DNA of 63,689 nucleotides, counting the filler, from Octopus bimaculoides (taxonomy: Eukaryota): the NCBI RefSeq assembly GCF_001194135.2. It is 8 parts of 7 records of this genome, joined end to end, with 100 filler letters (N's around TTAATTAATTAA, not from the genome) between each part and the next. Parts side by side here need not be neighbours in the genome. Positions count along the whole stretch, not along the records: positions 1 to 2,993 come from NC_068981.1; positions 3,094 to 9,064 come from NC_068992.1; positions 9,165 to 18,793 come from NC_068981.1; 5 more parts are not named here. One strand, given 5' to 3'. The notes under the pieces were generated by a model that saw nothing but the letters and a program-made list of their open reading frames with translations, searched no databases and was not told the DNA's origin. Within the stretch, counting starts at the first letter, position 1. Every line of letters begins with the position of its first letter. Made by a program: the position numbers and the translations under genes. Positions 1 through 10,825 of the stretch are shown here, one piece after another.

Positions 1-42
<42 letters not shown>

Positions 43-44
43 TA

Positions 45-149
45 TGATTATTAAGTTTGAAAACGGAGAGATCTAATGGATACAAATTCATTTATTAATT
101 AACACATTCACCTACAATCGCTTCATTTCACAAACAAAAGTAAAGCTAC

Positions 150-219
<70 letters not shown>

Positions 220-264
220 NNNNNNNNNNNNNNNNNNNNNNNNNNNNNNNNNNNNNNNNNNNNN

Positions 265-317
<53 letters not shown>

Positions 318-560
318 TGTAATTTAATTTGGATGTGAAATGAAACAATTGTAGGTGAAGAGGTTAATTAATTAATTAATTAATTTTGTGTCCGTTGGAT
401 CTCTCCGTTCTCAAATTTAATAATAGTTTTTGATATTTTATGATATTTTATATATTATATTCATTCAAGAAAAATCTCTTCAAAATACAGCATATTAAAC
501 TAATGCATCTTGGATAAAAATATCCTTACATGAGGTCTAAATGTCTTCAAAGTGACTATA
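45..560. repeat. Foldback (inverted-repeat) element, copy A: ~105-bp imperfect arms around a (CA)n/gap/(TG)n spacer, plus a ~140-bp one-sided extension ending GTGAC-(TA)n
   Basis: Left arm ~50-155 (ttaagtttgaaaacggagagatctaatggatacaaatt...cacctacaatcgcttcatttcaca) is the imperfect reverse complement of ~310-420. A homologous element lies at 5622-6020. Confidence 0.8.
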
Positions 561-587
561 TATATATGCGTGTGTGTGTGTCCCCGT

Positions 588-630
<43 letters not shown>

Positions 631-651
631 NNNNNNNNNNNNNNNNNNNNN

Positions 652-718
<67 letters not shown>

Positions 719-719
<1 letters not shown>

Positions 720-945
720 GAAAGACTCTCGGATAGCTCTTGATTACCGGTTGTTCTTTACTTGAAAGCAGGCAATAACAAATCACCAAAGGTTTCAAGT
801 AATGCCTTCTCCTGTGACACAAAGTGACAATACTCTCCTTAGAATGCGAGCTGTGCCCAACGATGCTGTCCTCTGGATCACCTCGGGCCTGACAGCAGCT
901 CCAGGCTCGAAGTGATCTAGAAGATAGAAGTGTTGTGTATACATT
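719..945 (-). mobile_element. 3' end (ORF C-terminus + 3' UTR) of an R4/Dong-like RLE non-LTR retrotransposon, with (TAA)n on both sides
   Basis: Minus-strand translation ...PEVIQRTASLGTARILRRVLSL matches the LQKxxLLGTAxILRxVL C-terminus of R4/Dong-clade elements. (AAT)n lies directly at both junctions. Confidence 0.75.
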
Positions 946-1133
946 ATTATTATTATGCTGTTTCTTTTTTTCTTTCTTGAAATTTTCTTCCATTTCTCGC
1001 CGAGTGTTTTCCGTACACCTATGCATTCCCAGTTTACACACATTGTATGCATTCTCAGTTTACACACGCAAATTCACAAGTAAAATATGTATTAAAAAAA
1101 TTAATGATTAAATAAATTCATGAATGGATGTTG

Positions 1134-1170
<37 letters not shown>

Positions 1171-1199
1171 TAGTAGTTTCATTTTTATAACGTGCTTTC

Positions 1200-1653
1200 A
1201 CATTATTATTATTATGCTATATGTGGGTCTACCAATATTATAACTGCTAACATTGGAATTAGTATTACTCTTCCCGTTACCGTTTCTGCCGCTGTCATTC
1301 CCACTACAATTATTGTCTTTGAAGTTATTATTTCGTTCACTATTATTTACATCCGTGCCTTCTATAGTATCTCTATCACTAGCAATTCTATCAGTAAGGA
1401 TTTTATTCCCACCGTCTCCGCCACCACCATTCCGCACCGGTTGTCTCGGCTCATACATGATATTTTTCTTATTGCCGCCTCCAACATCACCATCACCCCT
1501 ACTACTGGCGTACCAAGTATTTCCATTATTACGATAACCATTATTATTACCTATACTTTTGTCTCTATCCCTTCCATTTGCTGCGCTATGCCTGCTATTG
1601 GCAGTGCTACATTTTGCAAAGCACCCTCTCCCAGGTGTGGTTGTTTCATCTAT
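1200..1653. repeat. Degenerate trinucleotide-derived low-complexity tract, open on both strands
   Basis: 3-periodic ATT/ACT/ACC-like composition. ORFs 1192-1767(+) and 1198-1803(-) are I/T/S-rich and N/G/S/D-rich respectively, with no recognisable domain. Confidence 0.6.
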
Positions 1654-2274
1654 NNNNNNNNNNNNNNNNNNNNNNNNNNNNNNNNNNNNNNNNNNNNNNN
1701 NNNNNNNNNNNNNNNNNNNNNNNNNNNNNNNNNNNNNNNNNNNNNNNNNNNNNTAAAGATAAATTAAATATAGAGATACACTATTGACAATCCAATAATT
1801 CATTTATATTACAATATTACATTAAATACAATGAATATAATATATAACATGACATAATATATAACATAAATAATTATAAAAAGCATAAAAAGCCAACAAA
1901 TTGTTTCGATATTCTTTCTGATATACATAATCACAGTTCCATTATATATATATATAGTCACTTAAGTCTATATTGGCAATAATTACGGAATTCTCCCTGC
2001 GATAGATTACGTAAACAACGAGAGAAATTTTCATCAGGTTTCTATTCATATCTACTACGGAATTATCCCTCCGAGAAAATAATAAATATAGAAGATTATT
2101 ATCAGTTAATTTAAACAATGATTTCTTTTATACCAACTAATTGAAATAGATAAAAGAGTTGTATTGAAGATGTAATTGTTTACACATTTTTTGTTGAAGT
2201 TACATGTAGGAGAAGACTCAGATACTTGATTATATACATTTATATACACATATATTTTATTGTTGTATGTTGTG

Positions 2275-2462
2275 GTGACAAGCGACTATCTCGGATACGA
2301 AAGGGTTACAAATGGTATGTGTGTGAGCTGTAATGGAGGGAATTTCGATGGTTGTGGATTGCTCTTACTTCGTTGTGTCGTCCGTTAAAATGTTCTTGTT
2401 TTTTAATTGTAATTAAAGGTAAGCAATGGTCTTCCTCGGTCACGAGCGGACTGCCATCATTA
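2275..2462 (+). mobile_element. Probable degenerate 3' end of an RTE-type LINE
   Basis: Decayed zinc-finger-like WYVCEL*WREFR...LTSLCR followed by the tail atggtcttcctcggtcacgagcggactgccatcat, similar in layout to the tail at 4398-4442. Confidence 0.35.
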
Positions 2463-2693
2463 TGTATATGTATGTATGTGGAGATTTGTATGATTTATAT
2501 ATGTATGCTCATGCATATATTTGCATATCTAGACATGCTCGTATATATCTAAATGATAAACTTCTGGAAAGTTTTCCAAATTTTTACAGTTTCATTGATG
2601 GATTCGATCTGTAGTCTTCGAATTAGCTTTCTCTTTTCTGATTTTGAGGAGCCTATGGGGATGATGATTGGCCCCTCTCTCAACAACCTTCCA

Positions 2694-2992
2694 CAAAGCT
2701 CTTTGCAAAAAATGACCAACAACTCAAAGGCCTACTAGCGGTTGTTAAACAATCCAGTGATGACATCAGGATGCAATTTGGCCTTGATAAATGTGCAAAA
2801 GCTACCTTTATCAAAGGAAAAATGACAAAAACATCTAATGTGAACCATGACCAGCAAAATGTCATAAAAGAGTTAGAACCAGCGGAGAGCTACAAATACC
2901 TAGGGGTAATTGAAGGGGACAATATCAAGCATTCAGTGATGAGGGAAAGGATCAGAAGAGAATGTTATCACAGGGTGAGAGCAATACTGAAG
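2694..2992 (+). mobile_element. Reverse-transcriptase fragment of an R4/Dong-like non-LTR retrotransposon
   Basis: KLFAKNDQQLKGLLAVVKQSSDDIRMQFGLDKCAK...ELEPAESYKYLGV...RIRRECYHRVRAILK. The FGLDKCA and YKYLG motifs lie downstream of the catalytic YxDD. Truncated by a gap. Confidence 0.85.
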
Positions 2993-3093
2993 ANNNNNNN
3001 NNNNNNNNNNNNNNNNNNNNNNNNNNNNNNNNNNNNNTTAATTAATTAANNNNNNNNNNNNNNNNNNNNNNNNNNNNNNNNNNNNNNNNNNNN

Positions 3094-4442
3094 CGTTGTG
3101 GTGTCACATTCCTTTCAAAACTCTACATAAAATATCGAACAACGGGGAATGTTTTTAATTTGACCCGACTGAAGTTTAAAACGAAGGTTTTTACTTCACT
3201 TATTAGGGAACTTTTGTATGCTGACGATTGCGATCTGGTTAGTCATTCTGAAACCGGTCTACAATCCCTTGTATCTGCATTTAACGCAACTTGTGATGAT
3301 TTTGGCCCGACCATCAATCTGAAAAAACAGTTGTAATGTATCAACCTGTGTATGGTGCTGTTTGTAACCCCACTAAAATTTTTGTTAAGGGAAAGTTACT
3401 TGAGGTTGTCAATTCATTTGTCTAGCTGGGAAGCTCTGTTCAAGATGATGGAAATCTTGATACGGAAATACACCTGCGAATTCAAAAGGCAGCAAAAGCA
3501 TTTAATGACTTGGAGTCACGTGTCTGGCGCCAGCGACATATAAATAACAATACAAAGCTGGCTCTTTACAAATCATTTGTATTACCATCCCTATTGTATT
3601 CCTGTGAAACTTGGACTTATGAAAGGCATTTTAAACTGTTAGAACAATTCCACCAAAAATGCCTTCGTCACATTTTAAAAATTAAATGGAATTCTTTTAC
3701 TCCAAACACAGATATACTTGCATCTGCAGGCATCCCCTCAATTAAAGCTATGATTTTGAGGAACCAATTGAGATGGTGTGGCCATATTGTTCGAATGGTA
3801 GATGAACGCATGCCGAAATAGCTGTTTTATGGTGAGCTTGCAGAGGGGGAACGCTATCGGCATAAACCTAAAAAAAGGTTTAAGGATGGCATAAGGACTA
3901 TTATGAAGTCACTTGGAATGGTTCCAGAAGATATAGAAATCCTCGCTTCAGACCGAGTTGGATGGCGAACAAAAGTGTGGAATGGAATGAAAGCGTTTGA
4001 AGAGGTCAGAATAACGCAAGCAAGACTCAAAAGATATTTAAGGAAGAATATAAAGATCGAAAAGGTGAATGACAAGGATCTTTTTGTGTGCACAGTTTGT
4101 GACAGACCATGCCTGTCTTTGGCTGGCCTCGAATCTCACCTGCGAACCCATGGAAAACAAACCTCACCCAGCTATTCTGATTATATGTCTGTGCACACGT
4201 TTGAATGTGGTGTATGCCAGAAGGCTTGCAAATCCAATGGGGGTCTTAAAAGACATGTTAGGATCCACAATGAGCAGAACTTACCTGCAGGTATTCGTAG
4301 TACAAATCAGAGGTGCAATCTATGTGGGTGTTTTTTCAGAACATTGTCTAGTTTAAAAAGCCACATCAGACGCCATGAAAGGGCTAAGGTGTAGGTGCAG
4401 GAGGTGGTCAAACTCTGTGTAAGGAGTAGACAACCACAACCA
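3094..4442 (+). mobile_element. RTE-clade (BovB-like) LINE, 3' part: RT C-terminal region plus three C2H2 zinc fingers; disrupted (pseudogenised)
   Basis: LLYADDCDLV, LGSSVQDDGNLDTEIHLRIQKAAKAF, KSFVLPSLLYSCETWT, QLRWCGHIVRMVDERMPK, WRTKVWNG. There are in-frame stops (about 3423, 3819) and a frameshift near 3330. Stop codon at 4392-4394, then a short 3' UTR and a (TA)n tail. Confidence 0.93.
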
Positions 4443-4524
4443 TATATATATATATATATATAGATGTATATATGTATATATATATGTTTGTGAGTGTGTG
4501 TGTATGTGTATATGTGTGTATTTG

Positions 4525-4735
4525 TGTGTCTGTGTTTGTTCCCCACCATCGCTTGACAACCGATGTTGGTGTGTTTACGTCCCCGTAACTTATCGGTTCG
4601 CAAAAAGAGACCGATAGATGAAGTACTAGGCTGACAAAAAATAAAGTCCTGATGTTGATATGCTCGACTAACACCCTTTTAGGTGGTGCTCCAGCACGGC
4701 CACAGTCAAATGACTGAAACAAGTAAAAGGAATAG
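4525..4735 (+). mobile_element. SINE family A, 3' half
   Basis: catcgcttgacaaccgatgttggtgtgtttacgtccccgtaac...ggtgctccagcacggccacagtcaaatgactgaaacaagtaaaag, shared with many copies in the window. Confidence 0.85.
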
Positions 4736-5251
4736 TAATAAAAAAATTTGTGATGCAGTATATAGTGTTGGGGAGACTCTGCTAGGCGCAAATAAAAGAC
4801 GTAGCCTTATGTGGGCAAGAAAGAAGAAAGCAAGCTTTGTTATAGTCATTTGTCGCCCTACTAATTAATATGAACATCTTGTATAAAATTCTCCGTTCTC
4901 ATTGACACCCATAGAAATCTGTGAACTAGGTTACAAAACATACGATTTCTAATCTGTTGCCTAGGTTACATGAATAATTATTTATACAGTAAATCTAGAA
5001 AAAAAACTGTAATTATCCGCTGCGTTTTTGCAAAATACAATGTATTCACTTTGAAAGTACCTCTTAGCAGAAACTCTTCAGTGATAATGTTATTAAAATT
5101 GCAGAAGTTTACCCAAAGAACAGTACCAGACACCGGCATGGCTCTGAAGTAAGAAGACTTGCTTCCCAACCACATGATTTCAGGTTCAATCACTCTGCTT
5201 GGCACTTTAGGTAAGTGTCTTGTGCGCGCGCGCGCGTATGTGGGTGTGTGT

Positions 5252-5615
5252 ATCGTGGCTGTGTTGTAAGTAGCTTGCTTACCAACCTCATGGTTCCGGG
5301 TTCAGTCCCACTGCATGGTACCTAAGTCTTCTACTATAGCCCTGTGAGTGGATTTGATTGACGGAAACTGAAAGAAGCCCGTCGTATATANNNNNNNNNN
5401 TGTGTGTGTGAGTGCGTGTGTGTGTTTTTTACCCTACTATTGCTTGACAACCGATGTTGGTATGTTTAGTCCCCGTACCTGAGTGATTCCACAAAGTGAC
5501 CGATAGAATAAGTACTAGGCTTACAAAGAATAAGTCCTGAGATCGATTTGTTCGACTAAAGGCGGTGCTCCAACAAGGCCGCGATCAAATGACTGAAATG
5601 AATAAAAGAATAAGA
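5252..5615 (+). mobile_element. SINE family A (tRNA-derived head, internal microsatellite, conserved 3' domain), near full length
   Basis: Head gtggctgtgttgtaagtagcttgct...ggttccgggttcagtccc (Pol III A/B-box-like), body matching the 26038-26466 copy. A further head fragment lies at ~5130-5222 and a 3' half at ~6040-6260. Confidence 0.85.
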
Positions 5616-5621
5616 ATATAT

Positions 5622-6020
5622 ATTGAGTTAAATGGATACAAATTGATTTATTAATTAATTAACAAATCAACTAACAATTGTTTCATTTCTCAAATAAGAT
5701 TAAAACTACAAAACATATGTAATATTTTTATATATGTTTTGTAGTTTTAATCTTATTTGAGAAATGAAACAATTGTGGGTTAATAGGTTAATTAATTAAT
5801 AAATCAATTTGTATCCATTAGATATGTATCCATTAGATTAATTAATAAATTAATTTGCATCCATTAGATTTCCTAACTCAATAAAAATATCTATCTTACT
5901 ATATTCTATATAATATATTTATTGAAGGATTTGATTTTGTCTTCAAAATTTAATATATTAAACTAGTATTTCTTGGATAAATAACTCGATAAGAGGTTTG
6001 GGTATCCTTATTGTGACTAT
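5622..6020. repeat. Foldback element, copy B: near-perfect ~89-bp-arm hairpin plus a one-sided extension ending GTGAC-(TA)n
   Basis: 5674-5718 and 5732-5776 form a perfect 45-bp inverted repeat with a 13-nt loop. 5631-5663 and 5787-5819 form a perfect 33-bp inverted repeat. The extension is homologous to 420-560. Confidence 0.9.
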
Positions 6021-6427
6021 ATATATATATATATATATTTGTGTGCCTTTGTGTATATTTGTCCTAGAGCAGCGCTTAACAACAAGTGTTGATTTCTTTA
6101 ATCCCTGTAACTTAGCGCTTCGGCAAAAGGAAACGATAGAATAAGTAGCAGGTTAAAAAAAATATATACTGGGATCGATTTGTTTCTAATAAAACTCTTC
6201 AAGGCAATGGCCCCGGCATGGTTGCAGTTCGACGAATGAAACAAATAGAAGAATAAAGATTAAAGCTCGATGAGCACCTGTTACACTGTTACCTCCCTGG
6301 AATAATGGTTAAGTAGTATTAATCAATGATTAATGTTTAACCAATAACACCCTAAAATATCTACTTACCTAATTAGCCTGACATACATTAAGTATCTTGA
6401 AAGAATCTAGTTTCTATTTTTTCTGTA

Positions 6428-6460
6428 TACCGTATTTTCCGACATACAAGCCGAAGTTTA
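6428..6460 (+). mobile_element. pogo/Tigger-like terminal inverted repeat remnant
   Basis: TA|CCGTATTTTCCGACATACAAG resembles the TA|CCGTATTTTxCGxxxATAAG ends of pogo-family transposons. No partner end was found. Confidence 0.45.
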
Positions 6461-6579
6461 ATCACCTCAGTCACTTTATCCAATGTGTTGATTTAAAATT
6501 TAAAGCATAAATTAAAAAATAAATCTAAATTATAATTGAGTCACAGTTACCAATTCATTTAACATCTCTAAAACGTATA

Positions 6580-6700
6580 TACAATAGAACCTCGCAGTAC
6601 GAGTGCTCCACTATACGAGAAATTTGCTGTACGAGCCGAGACTCGAGCGAATTTTTGTCTTGAAGTACAAGCGGAAGTCCGCGGTACGAGCACACAAATC
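6580..6700 (+). mobile_element. Tigger/pogo-like element left end with subterminal TACGAG repeats
   Basis: TA|CAATAGAACCTCGCAGTACGAG followed by several TACGAG/TACAAG motifs. The right end was not identified. Confidence 0.55.
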
Positions 6701-6718
6701 GTCCCATCTTTAAGGTAA

Positions 6719-6900
6719 TCTATAATATATAAAACGAAAAATGTGTGTGTGTGTGTGTGCGTGTGTATATGTGACAACTATTAGCTTGATCCCACGTAAA
6801 ATCAATATTTTTCATCCTATTTCGTTCATCCTTTGCAAATAAAACCCTTATGTTCCACAGAAGGTGCTACACTCTTTAGATTTGTCATTTGTGGAGTAAT
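6719..6900 (+). mobile_element. Possible Helitron 5' terminus
   Basis: A|TCTATAATATATAAAACGAAAAATGTGTGTG resembles animal Helitron 5' ends (TC start after A, then AT-rich sequence and (TG)n). No 3' hairpin-CTAG was confirmed. Confidence 0.4.
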
Positions 6901-7022
6901 ATGGAATAATAGGGCATCTAGGGTCAGAAGGTCAGAAAAACCTTCTATAGTGACTATTGTGGACAAGGGAGGTAACTCTTTGTGAAGTAACGGTCAGAAA
7001 TTGATTGTCTCCTTACACCGGA

Positions 7023-7107
<85 letters not shown>

Positions 7108-7742
7108 TGAGAAAGAAAAAGAAAGAGAGAGAGAATATGTGTTGCTGTGTGTGTGTGTGTGAGGGAGAGAACAGCGTGCATTTNNNNNNNNNNNNNNNNN
7201 NNNNNNNNNNNNNNNNNNNNNNNNNNNNNNNNNNNNNNNNNNNNNNNNNNNNNNNNNNNNNNNNNNNNNNNNNNNNNNNNNNNNNNNNNNNNNNNNNNNN
7301 NNNNNNNNNNNNNNNNNNNNNNNNNNNNNNNNNNNNNNNNNNNNNNNNNNNNNNNNNNNNNNNNNNNNNNNNNNNNNNNNNNNNNNNNNNNNNNNNNNNN
7401 NNNNNNNNNNNNNNNNNNNNNNNNNNNNNNAGAGAGAGAGAGAGAGAGAAGATGTCTTGCTCTGTGTGTGTGTGAGTGAGAGAGAAGGAGAGAGTGTGTG
7501 TCACTGTGTGTGTGGGCATTTAAAAATGCTCATTCACCTGAGAAACACATGTATGCATATGTATTTATGTATGTCCATGTATATGGCAGATAATGGGTGT
7601 ATGTATGTGTTTGTGTGCGTGTGTGACTGATCCTACCCATTTTAAACATACATGACAACACCCCCTCTCTCTCACTCACACACTCACTTACTAAAAGAAA
7701 ATGCAAAAAAAACTAAATAAAAAAAAAAAATTACTCCTACAG

Positions 7743-8299
7743 ACTGGTCAGCCTACAACATAGTTTTCGGAAATGCTCTTTAAAATCGGCAATAGACAAA
7801 TTACGTCCGATGACAACGGATACATTGGCACTACCACCATTGGCCACACTGAATCCAGCCGTGATGACTTATGTTCTGCCGTTTACCCAAATCTTACAAC
7901 GGAATACATAAAACCAAACTGGCTTCCTGACAGGGCTATTATTGCACCTACAAATGCTGCTGCGAACACTTTTGACTACGATTTACTCAGTCAGCTTCCT
8001 TCTCAAGAACGTTGTTACAGATTAGTTGACACCGTTACAGACCTCGATCAGGTTATACAATTTCCAACAGAATTTCTCAACTTTCAAGATTCTCCTGGAC
8101 TCCCTCCCCATGAACTTCACTTAAAAGTCGGTTGCCCTGTTATCCTCCTACGCAATCTAAACGCACCCAAACTATGCAATGGAACTCGCCTTGTGGTTAA
8201 ACAAATGATGGACTACGTCGTTGAAGCCCAAATTATCTCAAGACACGGCAAAAACGCTACTGTTTTCATTCCGAAAATTCCGCTAACCCCAACAGACTG
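7743..8299 (+). mobile_element. Helitron Rep/Hel fragment (PIF1-family helicase, central part)
   Basis: FSEMLFKIGN...DRAIIAPTN...FPTEFLN...GLPPHELHLKVGCPVILLRNLNAPKLCNGTRLVV...VFIPKIPLTPTD, which are diagnostic PIF1/Helitron motifs. Truncated before the QFP...TINKSQGQ motifs. Confidence 0.92.
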
Positions 8300-9164
8300 C
8301 TCCTACAGTAATTTTTGAACGTCTTCTGCAAAGCAGCCCTACAGTAATTTTTGCTCTACTGTGTTCTTCACATCCACACCAAACTGTAACCGTAAGCAAT
8401 CAGGCTTCCTGCAAGCGTTTCATTGATATTTTGCTTCGTTTCCCTGATTGCTGTTAACAGTACATTACCTTCGATGATCCTTCTTACTTCACGCACGCTG
8501 TTCGCCCTATAAGAATGCTCTGGCATTTATTTTTGTACATCCTGTTTGTATATTTGCAGTAAATGTTTGCTTTTCTTTATCATACATGACTTTCATTGAA
8601 AAAATAAAAAGCTTCAATGCGATTGTATCAGGTATTACGAGAACAATAAGTACATGATACAAAACGCTGCAAGTAAGACATTGGATCCATAATGCCTACT
8701 GCAATTGCGATCCCATTTCATGGACTTTCATTTATTACTAACTGCCAAGTTTGTGTTAAAAAAAATTATTCATTACCTAAGTTTTTTAATACTATATCAT
8801 ATAGCTGCCAACGAAATTGGTAATTATACATTTTACACTTATCAACTGGAAACGACTTCTAGCTGCGGACTAATTCAACTTAAACCGTCCTCAGGAGCGT
8901 ATCATTATAATAATTACAACGTCCAAAGGACGGATGAATTTGCTAGTTCAGTTCATAAAACCAGTTTACATATTTCTTTTGCAATCTCTTTTTTTTTATA
9001 ATTGTCATTTTACTTGTAACTGCACCTTTTCTGTTTTAAAACCCACAAAAAATTATTTTTGAGTNNNNNNNNNNNNNNNNNNNNNNNNNNNNNNNNNNNN
9101 NNNNNNNNTTAATTAATTAANNNNNNNNNNNNNNNNNNNNNNNNNNNNNNNNNNNNNNNNNNNN

Positions 9165-9310
9165 TATATGCGCGACGGGTTCTTTCAGTTTCCGTCTACC
9201 ATATCCAGTCACAAGGCTTTGGTCGGCCCGAGGCTATAGTAGAAGACCCCTGCCCAAGGTGGGATTGAACTATGTTGTAGGGAAGCAAGCTTTTTACCAC
9301 GCCATCGCGC
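9165..9310 (-). mobile_element. SINE family A, 5' half
   Basis: gacgggttctttcagtttccgtctacc...aggctttggtcggcccgaggctatagtagaagac. Confidence 0.8.
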
Positions 9311-9317
9311 GCGCACG

Positions 9318-9358
<41 letters not shown>

Positions 9359-9659
9359 GTGCGCTTCTTTCTCCAGTTACCACTTATCAGTTACGACTAT
9401 AAGTCATATTTTCATGTAATCATCATAAAAGTTTCCTCCATTCTCTTTTGTGTATGTTTGTGCGTGTATGGATAGATAGAGAGAGAGATAGAGAGAGAGA
9501 GAGGGGGGGGCTTATGTGTACAAAAGTACAAAACAAAGCTAGTGGGTATATGTGTGTATGTGTGTGTGTGTGTCTAACATGCAGACTACTTATAGATACA
9601 TATCTTATACATAAAATACTTAAGTATAAATACGTCATCAAAATGTTACAAACAGTAGA

Positions 9660-9713
<54 letters not shown>

Positions 9714-9714
9714 T

Positions 9715-9897
9715 CTCTTCTAATTTTCTTACATTTTGCCTGACAAGAACAATACTTTGTGCAAAACCAAATGTATGGTACCCTATTCATAATAGCAATT
9801 TGAACTTCTAACTTTCTAACTTGATGTCTCTTGAGGTCTCTGGGTGAGACTTGGAGCTGACTTGTGCAAACACAAAGCAAAAGCCAAACATAGAAAA
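9715..9897 (+). mobile_element. Probable 3' UTR of an R4/Dong-like LINE, preceded by (TAA)n and followed by (GAA)n(CAA)n
   Basis: Non-coding segment ending tctcttgaggtctctgggtgagacttggagc...gcaaaagccaaacatag(aag)n. The assignment rests on recognising the family and on its context; no ORF is present. Confidence 0.45.
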
Positions 9898-9971
9898 AGA
9901 AGAAGAAGAAGAAGAAGAAGAAGAAGAAGAAGAAGAAGAAGAAGAAGAAGAAGAAGAAGAAGAAGAAGAAG

Positions 9972-10002
<31 letters not shown>

Positions 10003-10029
10003 GTTTCAAATTTTGCTACAAGGGCAGCC

Positions 10030-10213
10030 ATTTTGGGGGAGGGGCTGAGTCGATTACATCGATCTCATTCTTTCACTGGTACTTAATTTATCGACCTCGA
10101 AAGGATGAAAGGCAAAGTCGACGTCGACGGAACTTGAACTCAGAACGGAGCGACAGACGAAATACCGCTAAGCATTTCGCCCAGCGTGCTAACGATTCTG
10201 CCAGCTCGCCGTC

Positions 10214-10215
<2 letters not shown>
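10030..10215 (-). mobile_element. SINE family B (tRNA-derived head ggcgagctggcagaatcgttagc...gttctgagttcaa)
   Basis: Matches copies at ~13672-13850(-), 22445-22610(+), 25728-25900(+), 36855-37020(+), 42733-42840(-) and 50205-50412(-). Confidence 0.85.
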
Positions 10216-10297
<82 letters not shown>

Positions 10298-10299
<2 letters not shown>

Positions 10300-10617
10300 T
10301 TCTTTTATTAGCTAAAAGGGCTTGGATGAGGCGGAAAAGCATGAAGACAGTCAACAATTTGTGTGAGGATTTGCATTAAAAAATGAAGACGAAGAAATGG
10401 TAAAAGCGATGAAAAGCGACAAGAGTATACATCGGATACAAAGAATTGGATAACATGAATGATGAATTCCTTCTGATACAGGAGAAGCTTCAACTAGGAT
10501 CAATGAAGGAACCCCTCAAATCCAGGGTTATCCTGACCACCAAAGGCATGAGCCCTCTCCCATACTTAAGAGTAGAGCCTTTCACGAACCATTTTTGCCA
10601 CAGTCATCCACCTTTTA
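10298..10617 (-). mobile_element. 3' end of a non-LTR element (possibly L1/Tx1-like) with AATAAA, between (TAA)n tracts
   Basis: The minus strand ends ...catccaagcccttttagctAATAAAagaaa(att)n, with a pyrimidine-rich 3' UTR. The clade assignment is uncertain. Confidence 0.4.
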
Positions 10618-10730
10618 ATAATAATAATGACGATGGTTCTTTCTAATTTAGATCAGTAATTTTGAGGAGAATGGATAAGTCGGATACATAAACTCCAGTT
10701 CTGAACTGACAATCTATTTTATCAAACTTT

Positions 10731-10825
10731 AACTTTGAGAGGCGAAGTTAACTTTGAGAGGCGAAGTTAACTTTGAGAGGCGAAGTTAACTTTGAGAGGC
10801 GAAGTTAACTTTGAGAGGCGAAGTT
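10731..10825. repeat. Perfect tandem repeat, 5 x 19 bp (AACTTTGAGAGGCGAAGTT)
   Basis: Five identical units counted directly. It lies within a decayed family B SINE. Confidence 0.95.

Noticed and set aside
10731-10825. 19-bp palindromic-ended repeats as a CRISPR array
   Set aside because: The units are directly adjacent with no spacers, the context is eukaryotic, and there are no cas genes.
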